In this document: piece after piece, positions 50,958 through 64,000 of the stretch
How positions within the stretch are numbered: the first letter of the stretch is position 1
Layout of the letters: each line of letters starts with the position of its first letter
Source: Octopus vulgaris
Lineage: Eukaryota
Assembly: GCA_951406725.2 (NCBI GenBank)
Contig: OX597820.1
Location: forward strand, 8,308,001 to 8,372,000
DNA length: 64,000 nucleotides
Direction: 5' to 3'
Translations under genes and position numbers: made by a program
Notes under the pieces: model-generated
The model's database searches: none
Told to the model about the DNA's origin: nothing
Seen by the model: the letters and a program-made list of their open reading frames with translations, nothing else

Positions 50958-51147
50958 TGTCCCCCTAGCATTGCTTGACAACCGATGCTGGTGTATTTAC
51001 GTCACTTAGCGGTTCGGCAAAAGAAACCGATAGAATAATTACTGGGCTTACAAAGAATAAGTCCCGGGGCCGATTTGCTCGACTAAAGACGGTGCTCCAG
51101 CATGGCCGCAATCAAATGACTAAAACAAGTAAAAGAGTAAAAGAGTA
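50224..51147 (+). mobile_element. SINE family A interrupted in its (TA)n by an 85-bp flank copy plus a SINE D (tail type 2)
   Basis: A 5' half 50224-50417, duplicate 50418-50502, D element 50503-50875, A 3' half 50876-51147. Confidence 0.88.
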
Positions 51148-51398
51148 ACCAGCCATGTTGACCTTCACATCTTAATGTTTTAGTTTGATTGGCCTATTAA
51201 CCCCTACCTTCAAAATAACTCAAAAAGATTAGTATAAGCTCCGCTGATCGGATTAACAAAGTTTAACCTTTATAACCATAATATTTCTAAATTCTTTCTT
51301 AAGCACTGGACTGCGGCCACGCTGGGAGCATGCATTCAAGGGGATTCTTTTAAACTTTTATTTATCTATCGATTTATTTGTTTTTTGTTGATTATATT

Positions 51399-51632
51399 GA
51401 AGGCGGCGAGTTGGCAGAAACGTTAGCACGCCGGGCGAAATGCGTAGCTGTATTTCGTCTGCCGTTACGTTCTGAGTTCAAATTCCGCTGAGGTCGACTT
51501 TGTCTTTCATCCTTTCGGGGTCGATAAATTAAGTACCAGTTACGCACTGAGGTCGATATAATCGACTTAATCCCTTTGTCTGTCTTTGTTTGTCCCCTCT
51601 ATCTTTAGCCCCTTGTGGGCAATAAAGAAATA
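51399..51632 (+). mobile_element. SINE family B monomer
   Basis: Full unit. Confidence 0.9.
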
Positions 51633-52669
51633 TATATCAAATGTGGCCTGCTGCATCTTTCGGACTTGGTGTATTGAATTATGTTTAATGTATGGAATTC
51701 GGTTCTCAACAAATTGAGCCGCCAGCGTTGCAAAATTCACCAATAGTAAAAATATTATAACAGGGGGGAGAGAAAGACAGAGGGAGGGGAGATCAGCTTG
51801 AGAAGATGGAGATACACTGCTAATTATATTAATGTGTGTGTATGTCTGAAGGAATATGACATAGTGGCTTGGGTATAAAGCTTGCGGTCATTAGATCGCG
51901 GTTTCGATTCTAGATTTGGGCAGCATGTTGTGCCCTTCAGAAAGGAATTTTATTTAACTATGCTTAATTCGCATTCACTACCAGCTGTAGCTGGGGCGGG
52001 AGTTAACCTTGTAGTGGTAGGAGTAATACTGAGAGAAAAAAAAAGTGGGGGGGTATATGGATTCGGTGGTTGACGTTGTTTAGTTCAAGATAAATGATTA
52101 TAAAGAACAATAACGAGAAGTAATCCAGCCGCGACCATCACGTGTTTATAGGTGCTTACGACATTATTGAATGTATCCCTAAATACTTCCTTATTTAAGA
52201 GAGATGGATGTCAGGTGAAGTAGAATTAGCTGCTATTTCTAGCCACTTGAAGACCTACGCAGGAGGCTCTCTCTCCAGGTTCTCAATAGAGTGTAACCAA
52301 GTATGGAAGACCGGAATAGACATAAAGAGAAAAGTTCAGTCAACCAAATTACTGACTCATCGTTTTCAATTGATGGTGGTGTTTTATTTTTGTTTTAACA
52401 CGTTGCCAAGTTGGCTTTTTCACGTTTACATTATATATCACGTGATCGACCAGACTATCGGATACTGTTATACATCGCTGATCACAATGCGTTTTGCATC
52501 GTTTTCGAATGCTGCCACTTCGCTGGCTAAGTAAGCAAGTCATACATACTTGTACATCTATATATAGCTTAGGTAAACCTACTCATATTTACCTAACTAT
52601 TGTATATATATCTATATATAAACATATGTACCACTCTACCTAGTACTCTCTCTCTCTCTCTCTTTCGCT

Positions 52670-52831
52670 GTGGCTGTGTGGTAAGTAGCTTGCTAACCAA
52701 CCACATGGTTCCGGGTTCAGTCCTACTGCGTGGCATCTTAGGCAAGTGTCTTCTGCTATAGCTTCGGGCCGACCAAAGCCTTGTGAGTGGATTTGGTAGA
52801 CGGAAACTGAAAGAAGCCTGTCGTATATATG

Positions 52832-52920
<89 letters not shown>

Positions 52921-53112
52921 TCTGTGTTTGTTCCTCCTAGCATTGCTTGACAACCGATGCTGGTGTGTTTACGTCACTTAGCGGTTCGGCAAAAGAGACC
53001 GATAGAATAAGTACTGGGCTTACAAAGAATAAGTCCCGGGGTCGATTTGCTCGACTAAAGGCGGTGCTCCAGCATGGCCGCAGTCAAACTGACTGAAACA
53101 AGTAAAAGAGTA
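52670..53112 (+). mobile_element. SINE family A
   Basis: Near full-length copy. Confidence 0.9.
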
Positions 53113-53519
53113 ATATATCAGAAAACACATCAATAATCTGCAGAATTCCATAGAATTAGAAACGGTTAAAAGATGGCAGCAATATGTATAACAGAGTACA
53201 AAGTCAACCGTAACCTTGTTTTCTGGAGAGATGGCAATACATCGGATGGACTGGAACTGAAATGCAAAGAGCTAGCCTCCATATACACCGTGGTCACACT
53301 GTTTCTACCTGAAGTTTTATGTTAAAAGTACAAGTGGAGTCTGGAATATACTCAACAATGAGTTCTGTTGAGCGAATAACCCCAACACGCATCGTTGGAC
53401 AGGACGGACATCCACTAAATTTATTGACCCTCGAGTGAAGTACCCACAGTTGGACACAGCTTCAATACTTAGGAGAGTGTTGTTGCTACACATACACCCA
53501 TCTTTAGGCATCAACAGGA

Positions 53520-53902
53520 GGAGGCGCAATGGCCCAATGGTTAGGGCAGCGGACTCGAGGTTGGAGGATTGCGGTTTCGATTCCCAGACCGGGCCTTGTG
53601 TGTTTATTGAGCGAAAACACCTAAAAGCTCCACGAGGCTGTGGCAGGGGGGGGGGTGGCGACCCCTGCTGTACTCTTTCGCCCCAACTTTCTCTCACTCT
53701 TTCTTCCTGTTTCTTGTCCCCGACTTCCTACGCAACCGCTGAGAGCCTGGATGCGCATTCATCCATCTGTTGATGCTCTCGGTGTCGGGGGTTGACCTGC
53801 TTTCTCTTCTGCGGGTCTTACGAATAGCAAAGGACCACGTTTCGGACTTCTCCCATCTTGCGAGCTCTGGGTCGAAGACCGCTTCGCTCAACAAACAAAC
53901 AA
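53520..53902 (+). mobile_element. SINE family D, tail type 1
   Basis: tRNA-like head, (caaa)n tail, degenerate TSD gcatc(a/g)a(c/t)aggag. Confidence 0.9.
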
Positions 53903-54739
53903 GCATCGATAGGAGGAAGGAACAATTTTCTAATTACCCAGAGGTCGCTTACAAACAAGATCCAACAGACGACACTGTCTCTTCCTCCTCGGAGCTATCT
54001 AATCTCATGCCGCCACCTAAACCCTCCCGTTTTTTTCCTTTTACCCATAGTATCTACTACACCACCAACACTACCACCGGCATCGGTTCACCAAACGTCT
54101 GCCTCTTGAAATCCCTTCCCTGCCCATCTATTTATTCTTCCTGTACCTTTTAGCTTGTAACCCCTCAATACGGATACCACCTGATCAGAGGATTTCATGA
54201 AGGCCGAGAAATAACGATGTATTAACACTCATATATATATAGAGAGAGAGACAGACAGCTTGATAAGTTAGGGTTAGCATGGGCCATTAAAAAGCTAAGT
54301 TGAAATAATTACAAGCTGAGAAGAACGTATATCCATGTAGCCACGAATAGATACCAGTCACCGTCTCGTGGTGACTGTCTCTATCCGTGACTATATAGGT
54401 CCCTAAGCAAAATAGACAAAAGCATGGAACAAGCTATGACCTCGCTTGAGTGATGACCTCGCTTGAGTGATGGCTAAACATGGGAGATAACTCTAAACAT
54501 GTTTCAGTCTGATGAATTCATCAGCGAAGCATCGGTGCTTGTTAAAATAAGATGCGAGAATCGCTAATGTAAAATGTATGGGAATGTATAATGGTCGGTA
54601 GAAGACTTACAATTGCTTAAAAGAAATAAAGATATACACACAATTGAGTATGAAACAGTTTTAATTAATAAATAAATCACAGAATTTAATTACGAAATCT
54701 GAATAAGCTGGAGACTGAAGACCAAACATTCTGGTATTA

Positions 54740-54937
54740 TAAGGGGCCAAACAAGGACAGACAAAGGGATTAAGTCGATTACATCGACTCCAGTGCGTAA
54801 CTGGGACTTAATTTATCGACCCCGATAGGATGAAAGGCAAAGTCGACCTCGGCGAAATTCGAACTCAGAACGTAACGGCAGACGAAATACTGCTAAGCAT
54901 TTCGCCCGGCGTGCTAACGGTTCTGCCAGCTCGCCGA
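54740..54937 (-). mobile_element. SINE family B
   Basis: Reverse copy with an internal deletion near the tail. Confidence 0.85.
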
Positions 54938-55757
54938 GGACACAGTTATTCACACACACACATATACACACACACACGCGCACACACACACACACTTTAA
55001 AGGTGATGTCTGACGTGAGAGAGAGAGAGAGAGAAGGGGGGAAGAGACTGTGTGTGTGTGTGTGAATAACTGTGCCCTTCTCATCACCCTGTATTCTGTA
55101 AGTAGGACGTTATTTTTTGGTATAACAAAAATGCCGAATACACCGCCCTACATTTAAAGTACAGTGATGGGATGAGGGAGGTGCAACGCAGATGTGTAAC
55201 AGGTGACACACACCTACACACACACATAAAACATGCATAAAATACACACACACACACACTGGCAGAGATTCAACACAGTCGCATGCCATGCTAGAAATAG
55301 CAGTCAAGTCATACACCCACAGCCTTGAAAAAAAAGAGAGAGAGAGAAAAAGATACTACCCAAAAGAACGGGATGGTCACGGCTGGAAGGAAAATTGGTC
55401 AGTTACATAAGCGGTGGCCTGGGACTAAACAACAACCAGACAGACAGGAGCATGGAGAGAGAGAGGGAGGGAGGGAGAGAGAGAGAGAGAGAGAGAGAAC
55501 AGCAGACCGGTTGAGCAACGTGAAGAAGGAACGATTCAGTCCTGAGAATATTTTTGCGCCAAAACCTTTAGTGTCCACATCATGAAGGGCGGGGTAGAAT
55601 GCAAATAGGGGTCGTGAGTCGACAAACACGAGGATGGAACGGTAACGTCGAAGACTGGACGGGGAGAAGGACATTGGTGGGGGTGTAGAGACGGCTGCAG
55701 GACCAGACCATCACAGTGTGTGGTGAAGAATGGTGTTTGCAGAGGTCATCCGTCCTC

Positions 55758-56170
55758 GGATCTTTTCGGTTTGACCGGCAGTTTTTTCTAGCGGTGTCAT
55801 ATGAAATTGTCACCCATAATTATGACCCTGGTATCGATCTATTGCATTTCAATCTGTTTTAGGATTAGGAGTGGGGGGAGGGTATCTTTTTTTTCTTCAG
55901 AAATGTAAATAAACCCAATCTGTTTCTTAAACGAGGGACATATTCATACGGCACAGAATGTTTTCACCTCAATAGACGTCATTGATTGGTTGAAATTGCA
56001 GAAATTGAAGAAAAAAAAACCAACAAATATCTTACAAACTATAGAATTTTCTCAATAAAGCCAAGAGAAAAAGATGTTTTATAAACACATTCTACCAGTA
56101 TACGAAGTTTAAAATTTTTTAGTTACGTGGAAATTAGTTTTAAAAACTGCCGGTCAAACCGAAAAGATAC
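55758..56170. mobile_element. 413-bp MITE with 8-bp TSD (same family as 49579-49992)
   Basis: TSD ccgtcctc at 55750-55757 and 56171-56178. Matching TIRs. Confidence 0.92.
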
Positions 56171-56922
56171 CCGTCCTCAGCCACAAATACCATAGTGTGT
56201 GTTTGTGTGTGCTTTTACAGTTTACTTGTTACAGTGATTGGACTGAGGCCATATAATATATGTATGTTTTATGTTTAACGACCTAAAATGTAGTTTTATG
56301 TTAAAAGGCATTATCGATAAAAAGTGTAGATCAATAAAATATTTATCAGACAGAAATAAACAGTGAATCAATACAATCGCAAATAAAATCCTTTGAATGT
56401 GGTGCCCCAGCATGGCAACTATCCAATGACTGAATAAAGTGTGTGTGTGTGTGCACGCGCACATATCTATCCATATTTATATATTAGCATCAATACATAT
56501 TTATTCATATTAATTAGAAGTTGTCTTTGTGACGATTATAAATTTGCACAGCCAGTTTAACTTGGATGTGTATGTTTGAACGGTGTAGACTGCGGTAATC
56601 GTCCTCAGAAACCATCTCGGTATAGAATTTAGGTGTTAAAAAGCACTGATTAAGTCGGTTGATGAATACCAGTCGAATCTCACAATCAACCATGTCCAAA
56701 ATTCCAGTAACTTTTCAGGTGCTAATATCGCAAATAGCCAACAGGCTTTAAAAAAATGACAATAATTATTAGTGAAAGCGGACGGCTGTTACTGATGAGA
56801 TGCAGCACATTGAAATAACGTGATCTGGCGCTTGTAGCAGACGATTCTCGCTTGCCAACGACATGAACATGTGCTTTCATGCACCATGCGTCCATACGAA
56901 AGGTCACCTCAACGTTTAATAC

Positions 56923-57087
56923 CTATTTCTTTATTACCCACAAGGGGCTAAACACAGAGGGGACAAACAAGGACAGACATAGGTATTAAGTTGATTACAT
57001 CGACCCCAGTGGTACTTAATTTATCGACCCCGAAAGGATGAAAGGCAAAGTCGACCTCGGCGGAATTTGAACTCACAACGTAACGGC
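56923..57087 (-). mobile_element. SINE family B, 5'-truncated
   Basis: Reverse 3' portion. Confidence 0.85.
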
Positions 57088-57297
57088 TACCACAGCATTC
57101 GACGTCCTAACAAAACATCCACGTTAAAGTTGGATATAAAGATTGACTTTAGTTATTATTACTGCCTCTGTTGCTAATTATTGTACATTTCATCACATAC
57201 ACACACACGTATATATGTTTTCAGTGTTCAATAAATCACACAAACTACAAAATTTCGATATTAGTCACAATAAAATACTCGAATGATTGCTAAGATA

Positions 57298-57667
57298 TCT
57301 CTATATATATATACACGGCAAAATGTCTGTCTGTGTGTGTGTCCTTTATACAAATCCACAATTTTTCAGTTAGAGGGCTTGCACTTTCTATTGTCATTCA
57401 AAACTGTCCAAGGGTGGTCGTGCACATCTTTACATTTCCCCAGTCACCCTGCAAAGCCATTAAAAAATCAATAGAAGTGACTTTTTTGTGAATTTTCTAT
57501 CCAAAATCCAATCAAAATGCCCGAAACTTGATACGCCAATTGAATGCCAGCTAGCTGTATGTGATTGGTCGGAGATTTGGACAGTACTCGCGTGTATGTG
57601 CGCACGCACGCAGCTGTATATGCATGCACTAGCACGATGACCCGGCGTTGCCGGGTCATAGTGCTAG
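57298..57667 (+). mobile_element. Non-autonomous Helitron
   Basis: A|TCtctatatatata 5' end with a short gtct/gt microsatellite. 3' hairpin acccggc-gtt-gccgggt and terminal CTAG|T. No TSD. Confidence 0.8.
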
Positions 57668-58408
57668 TTTAATGTTATTTCTCCACAGAAGTAATCTGAC
57701 TGAACAACACATTGGGTACAGCCAGTATCTCTTTTGGCTCTTTGCGTTCTGAGTTCAAATCCCGCCCAGGTATGTCTTTGCCATTTATACTTTAAGGGCC
57801 CATAAAATAAGAACTAGGCAAATACTGGAACCGATATATATAATCGATTATCCCACTTCCCCTTTGTATCTAAATTAAAGGCAATTATTCAGTATACAAT
57901 TATAACTTGTGCAGATCTTTACCGACAGGTTGTCCAGTTTGACAAATTCTAGGTGCTGATTGATGCTTGTGGTTAAAATATAAGAGATGGCGAGAGGAAT
58001 TCCAGTGGGATGTAATTCTAGAAATGAAGGATTATATTTCTGACCCTCTCCTCCCTCTCTCTCTCTCGCACACACACACGGATTCAGATAGGTGAAACAG
58101 AAACGATGTGGAGAGAAGGAATGGTAGGTTTAGACAGTGTAGAGTTAAGCTATTCCCGTAGTTTGGGATTTGATTCCACTTCGTGGAACACAAGGTCAGG
58201 AGGCAGGCTTCACAGCCTCGCGTCAACCAGTGTGTGAGTGACATTCGCTGGCCTGAAATTGTCTGAGAGTCCGTCAGTACTGGACAAGATCTGTCGTTCG
58301 GATTAACACCACAATCGAATCATTGGATAACTTAGTGAGCCTTAATGGAGACCCACTGTGTTGTAAGCACTTGGGCCAAGTCTCACGTGAGAAGATAACA
58401 ATTCCTTC

Positions 58409-58640
58409 CTATTTCTTTACTACCCACAAGGGGCTAAACACAGAGAGGACAAACAAGGACAGACAAACGGATTAAGTCGATTATATCGACCACAGTACGT
58501 AACTGGTACTTATTTAATCGACTCCGAAAGGATGAAAGGCAAAATCGACCTCGGTGGAATTTGAACTCAGAACGAAGCGGCAGACGAAATACAGCTACGC
58601 ATTTCGCCCGGCGTGCTAACCTTTCTGCCAGCTCGCCGCC
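58409..58640 (-). mobile_element. SINE family B monomer with TSD
   Basis: Flanked by aattccttccta. Confidence 0.9.
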
Positions 58641-59267
58641 TAAATTCCTTCCTACCCCTATATAAGACCCTGGAAAGGGTTATGGGTGAGGCCTGTTCTT
58701 TTAAAAAAGAGAATATGACAGAGAGGTGAGCAGTGGGATTTGATTTGAGGCAGTTTTTTCTTTTCTTTTTCTTTTTAAAGCAAGTAGAGAATCCTCCACT
58801 GACTAAGTATATTAATGTTTCTGAAAATGTGCCACTGAAAATTAGGGTTAGGGCCGAATAATTATGTATTTGGGTCTTTGTCCTCTCAGTGAAAATAACC
58901 ACAAAAAATATGTTTATGTCCGGGAAAATAAACGTGAAAGATTGTTTCAAGGTCAAATTAAATAACTTTGGTTAATGAGAATTTCTCAGAGGTTGTTATT
59001 GTTGTTTAACACTAGGTCAGAGTTCACTGGAAAAAAAACCCCCTAAAATCAAATACTTTTCATTCCTCTCTGGCATTGTATATCTCGGACAACAGAACCC
59101 AATGTGTAATACGAGAGAAACATAACTGCGATTTCTACAGGCCAAACGACCACGTAGATGTCCCATACGAAATTACAGTTGCTCCTATTGTTGTTCGACT
59201 TCAGGTGATCCCTCATCAAACGTGCCCCAGGGGCGACCAACCTGTTTTTTGTATATCTATATAGATA

Positions 59268-59470
59268 CAGAACGTTAGCGCGCCGAGCGAAATGCTCAGC
59301 GGTATTTCATCTGCAGCTACGTTCTGAGTTCAAATTCCGCCGAGGTCGACTTTGCCTTTCATCCTTTCGGGGTCGATTAAATATGTACCAGTTACGCACT
59401 GGGGTCGATGTAATCGACTTAATCCGTTTGTCTGTCCTTGTTTGTCTCCTCTGTGGGCAGTAAAGAAATA
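59268..59470 (+). mobile_element. SINE family B
   Basis: Slightly 5'-truncated unit. Confidence 0.88.
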
Positions 59471-59823
59471 TATATATAGATACAACCACACATGACCTAA
59501 GGATGAGAGAGAGTGGGGAGAGTGGCACCAGTAACACGAACTTGAGTGGCACTTGTTTTGAGTTGAGTAGGCTGGAGCAGCATGAAAAGAAGAGACTTGC
59601 TCAAGGACTACGTCACAGTCGTGACAATAATGGAGCAACGAACTGAAGGGTTTATTATTATTATTATTGTTGGTGTTGTTGTTGTTATTAAGGTGGCGAG
59701 CTGGCAGAATCGTTAACATGCCATGTAAAAATGCTTAGCGGCATTTCGTCCGCCTTACGTTCTGAGTTCAACTTCCACCGAGGTCGATTTTGCCTGTCAT
59801 CCTAACGGAGTCAATGAAATTAG

Positions 59824-59903
59824 GGCGGAGTTTCGGATTAGGACGCCCCACACAAGTTGGATCAACTCCGTTTTGTGTGGGCGTCCTGATCCGAAACTCC
59901 GCC
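59824..59903. repeat. 80-bp near-perfect inverted repeat (possible mini-MITE)
   Basis: ggcggagtttcggattaggacgccccacacaa pairs with ttgtgtgggcgtcctgatccgaaactccgcc (one substitution, one indel). Confidence 0.85.
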
Positions 59904-61698
59904 GATAGGCGATGACAAGAACAAAGACACACAAACACGCACACACATTATTATATACGATGGACTTCGACACAATTCCCGCCTATAAACTTTGCCCACA
60001 AGGCATTGGTCAACCCGGGACTAAAGTACAAGATGTTTACCCAAGGTGCCGCGCAGTGGGATTGAACTAGGAACCTACAATTTCAAAGCAAGCTTCTTTT
60101 TTTTGTTTTAATCCCGAACCCACGCCTGCATATTTGGGCTTTTTGGTAGGGTAGATATTCTAACTTCCAGTTAAATTGCAGAATAAGTTTAATACTCAAT
60201 TTAGTCCAACATCAATATCGCCATTCGTCAATCGTGAGTGAATCAAGTCGTTTATAAAATCATCGGAAAAAATATTAACTCACGGGTCACCACAGACAAC
60301 ACTTACGTTGCTATCCAAAATATAACCACATATATACACACACTGAAATGGAAAATCAACAAAGCTATTCGCCGGCGCCACCAAACGAAATTCTCGAAAC
60401 TAATGGGATTATTGAAAGTGAAAGCAAATATTAAACTGGAGGATGGACGGAAGCCAGAACAAATATAATCAAATACCCCTTGTCTTATTCTGAGGTTAGT
60501 AAAGTAGGCAATAATTGATCCTATCCCACACCAGAGTGGGGTGGATCCATATGGTTAACGGACGATATCCCCACTACATCAATAAATTTTCATTCGTCTT
60601 TATCGATTTCGTTAGGGATTTTCATTAAATTTCTTAAAATATTTCTTATTGAAAAGTCGTGATAAGCCAAAAGAACAGAGAAATTGTTTCAAAATCAATG
60701 TTTTTATTGATTATACTTTTTAACTATTTAAAAAAAAATTTACATGATGGCGGTCGATGTCATAAACGGATCCCTGTACTAACATCCCAACCAAACAGCC
60801 GACATAAAAGCAGAACGATCAGGTATTTTCCTCTGGGTTTCAGAACTCAATAATAGCCAGGCATTCAAACAAGGAAGGCATTGGAACAACATGACAATCG
60901 TTAGAGCTTCGGAGGAAATGTTTCGCGATATCTAATCCCCTTCCTGAATTCCGAGTTCAAATCCTGCCAAAGTTAACTAACTTTCGACCATCGGATAGAA
61001 AGGTCTTCCAGTATTTGTTTTGGCTTTTTGCTTTCTCACTTCATATCCTACCATGGTTTAATACATGGCTTATCTGCTGCCCGGTTTATAACACCATCAC
61101 CTGGGGTACTTTTAACGGAGTTCACTCTTCTGCAAGTATTTGGCGGACACTTTCCTTCCCCTTCCCTCCCGTCTCTGAGGCGCTGTTAAGATCATCCTCA
61201 TCATCATCATCAATGCCCTTTCCTCCTTACCACACATCAAAAAGCAATCCAACTACCTAAACTTCATTTATTCTTTGATCCCTATTTCTTCATCGCCCTT
61301 CTTCGGATGTAAAGTCCGTGTAGTGGTGAGGGTGCGGTGGTGTACAAGTGTTGTAGTTGTAGTAGTTGTTTTAGTCCCGGGTTCATGCTGATTCAAAACT
61401 CCAGACAGAGGGAGAAATCTCTAGGAGTAAAGACTACATGTGGATCATTCCCTTTAACAATGGTGCTGAGATTTGACTGCTATTTTTAGCATATTTAGTG
61501 ACCACGTAGACGACAAAGAGACGAAACATCTAGAGATAGACACGAATGTATCTTTAGGGAATTGCGCGCGAGCGTGTGCATGCATGCATATATATATATA
61601 TGAGTTTGATTTGAGAACATAATCTTTTGTGGAGAATGACGATTTGACGTCTATATCTAGCATGTTGACTGTCCACTTTTCGTGTTCAGTCCTCAATT

Positions 61699-61740
<42 letters not shown>

Positions 61741-63466
61741 CTTGCACGTATATATATAAACACACACACATCTATATGTAAATAGAACAAGAAATGCATT
61801 TAAGTACGAACCCACATTTATGCATGGGAAAATATCTATAAATATACGAATATATATATATATATATATATATACACGCGCACACAAACACTACGGTAGG
61901 GCAATAGCAGGGTGACAAGAGCTGTTTGTTTTGGTGGATTATTTTGGGGTTTACCAGAATTCCTCTGTCCCCCTCTCCCTTCGATCCCTCTCTCTCTCTC
62001 TCTTCCTTAACCCTTCTCTATTCTTTCTCCCTTTCTACATCTCCCTCCATTTCTCTAATTCTCTCTGGTCCTTATTTTTCCACTCAAATTTTCTGTTTCT
62101 CCTTCTGTCATTCCCCCACACCTCACCTCGCTCGCTCTCTCCCATTATTATTATTATCATCCTATCACCCCCACACACACACTTTCTAATACAGACCCCT
62201 ACATTATCCCTACATCCTCACAGCCCCCGGCCCCGGCTCAACCACCTTCTACCTCCCTTGTCCATTCCCGCGCCAATCACCCACCCACCTCCCGTCGATG
62301 TCCCGCCACATTTGAATGCGCCAACACGTGTTCGAGAGGAAGTCGGTGGGGAGAGAAAAGAACGTTGAAGAGTTGTTACTCGACTTACTAGAAATAGCAG
62401 CATATTGCTATCAAATCCTAAAACACAAAACAGATTCATAAGAAGGTGTCACTAAATAATGTACTCCTAGATACACTGTGACTGATTAAAACACCCGATG
62501 GGCCTGCAATTCCCAGCCACCACTGCTAATAGTCTAAACTGACCCGGGACAAAACGATAACACATGTTTGCATGTGTTATATATATAACGATAGTGTCAG
62601 CCTGTTCCTAGTAAAAGTTTAATAAATATCTTCTTCCCACAAGCACTGAGTAATTTTTTGCAGTTTAATATCAAATTGTTTATATATAATTTGACATAAA
62701 AGCAACGAACGTATGTGATTGAAGGGAGAAGGGAAATATATAGCCAAAGCTCGTGTCAACGGAATGCGCTTGTATGTGTGTGTGTATGTATATACATCAA
62801 TATATGTATGTAAGCGTACCGAGACTGGCGTGTATATATACATATATATATATAATTCAATTTGAAAACTCCACCAGAATGGACGAAAGCACTAATATAT
62901 GATGTATAAAAACATGTAATATACAAATAAATATCTGCAAATATAAAACCATCCGAATTTCTGAGTACCTCATTTCTTCTAATATAAAATACCTGTGCAT
63001 CACCTCCAAACCTTCAAATATATATATATATATAAACAGCATATTTATGTATACATGATATATGCATTCAAAGACATTTCAATACATATACATATATTAC
63101 CATTAAATGTACGTATATATGAATTTACGAATGAATGGGTGAACAGGGCAGCGTGAACACTGTGTGTACAATATATATGTATATATATATATAAACGTGT
63201 GTGAGTGTGTGCATACATGCAGAACAGTCTGAAGGCATCGGTTACAATGGACATTTATTTGTCCGGGGGCCTCCTCCGGTCTAGGGACCCAATGCAAATC
63301 TACGTACGCTGTAGTTCAGCCGGGGTCAGTAGTGCTGTTGGGGGCAAACCCCGTATGTAAGGACCAATACTTTCATCTGGTGTCGAAAAACTTAAGTACC
63401 AGTTATAAACTGTCATAAGTACTCTTCTATTATTGACAATGGGCTCTTGGCCAACTGTATGCATGC

Positions 63467-63506
<40 letters not shown>

Positions 63507-64000
63507 AGAGAGGGAGAGATGTATAAATATATATGCACACACACACAATCATGTAATTAAAATGCGAAATGTAATTGCATATACAATCTTACCTTATGTC
63601 CAGTGTGTATATCTATATACAGTAGTTCTCCCGTTATTTACGTATGTGTAATCATACATGTGTTTGTGCGTAAATATATATATATATATATATATACTTA
63701 AATATATACACAAATATATTATAAGATATATAGATGTATATATGTGTGTATATATAGAGAGGGTTTTTTTTGCCGCTATGTTACGTTGGAGCTGGTATCC
63801 GAGGTGGACATGGTGAAGTCTTGGTTACAATTAAAGAAAGATACTGTTTCACTGTCACAACAACAACAGACGAGAAGCTGTTTCTCTTCTCTTTCGCCCC
63901 CCCCCTCCCCGCCAAACACCGCCGCCACCACCGCTACAGCAACAACAACATCGCACCACTTCCACCTCTACAACCACACTCCCACTACCACTTCAACACC

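Noticed and set aside
60238-60468. 76-aa ORF, possibly a Penelope ORF remnant
   Set aside because: There is no diagnostic RT or GIY-YIG motif, so it cannot be supported without a search.

Overview
Eukaryotic, repeat-dense genomic DNA. The SINE/LINE families and the very high microsatellite load suggest an Octopus (coleoid cephalopod) genome; this is inferred from recognising the repeats, not from a search. No intact protein-coding gene, rRNA/tRNA gene, CRISPR array or prokaryotic system is supported, and almost all listed ORFs are read-throughs of microsatellites or repeats. The window contains three tRNA-derived SINE families (A; B, with a Meta-like domain and head-to-tail multimers; D, one head with two alternative tails). 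It also holds decayed RTE, CR1-group and HERO-like LINE fragments, many RTE 3'-UTR copies with variable hairpin tandem repeats, and Penelope-type hammerhead remnants. DNA elements include non-autonomous transposons with clean TIRs/TSDs (8-bp, 9-bp, TTAA) and two Helitron-type elements. There is also a truncated U2 snRNA pseudogene, a few isolated hairpins and several weak exon candidates. The most interesting points are a PHD-type zinc finger inside the RT domain of an RTE family, a 154-bp tandem array arising inside a DNA transposon, SINE multimers with a fixed junction, and a CpG-depletion boundary near 34 kb.
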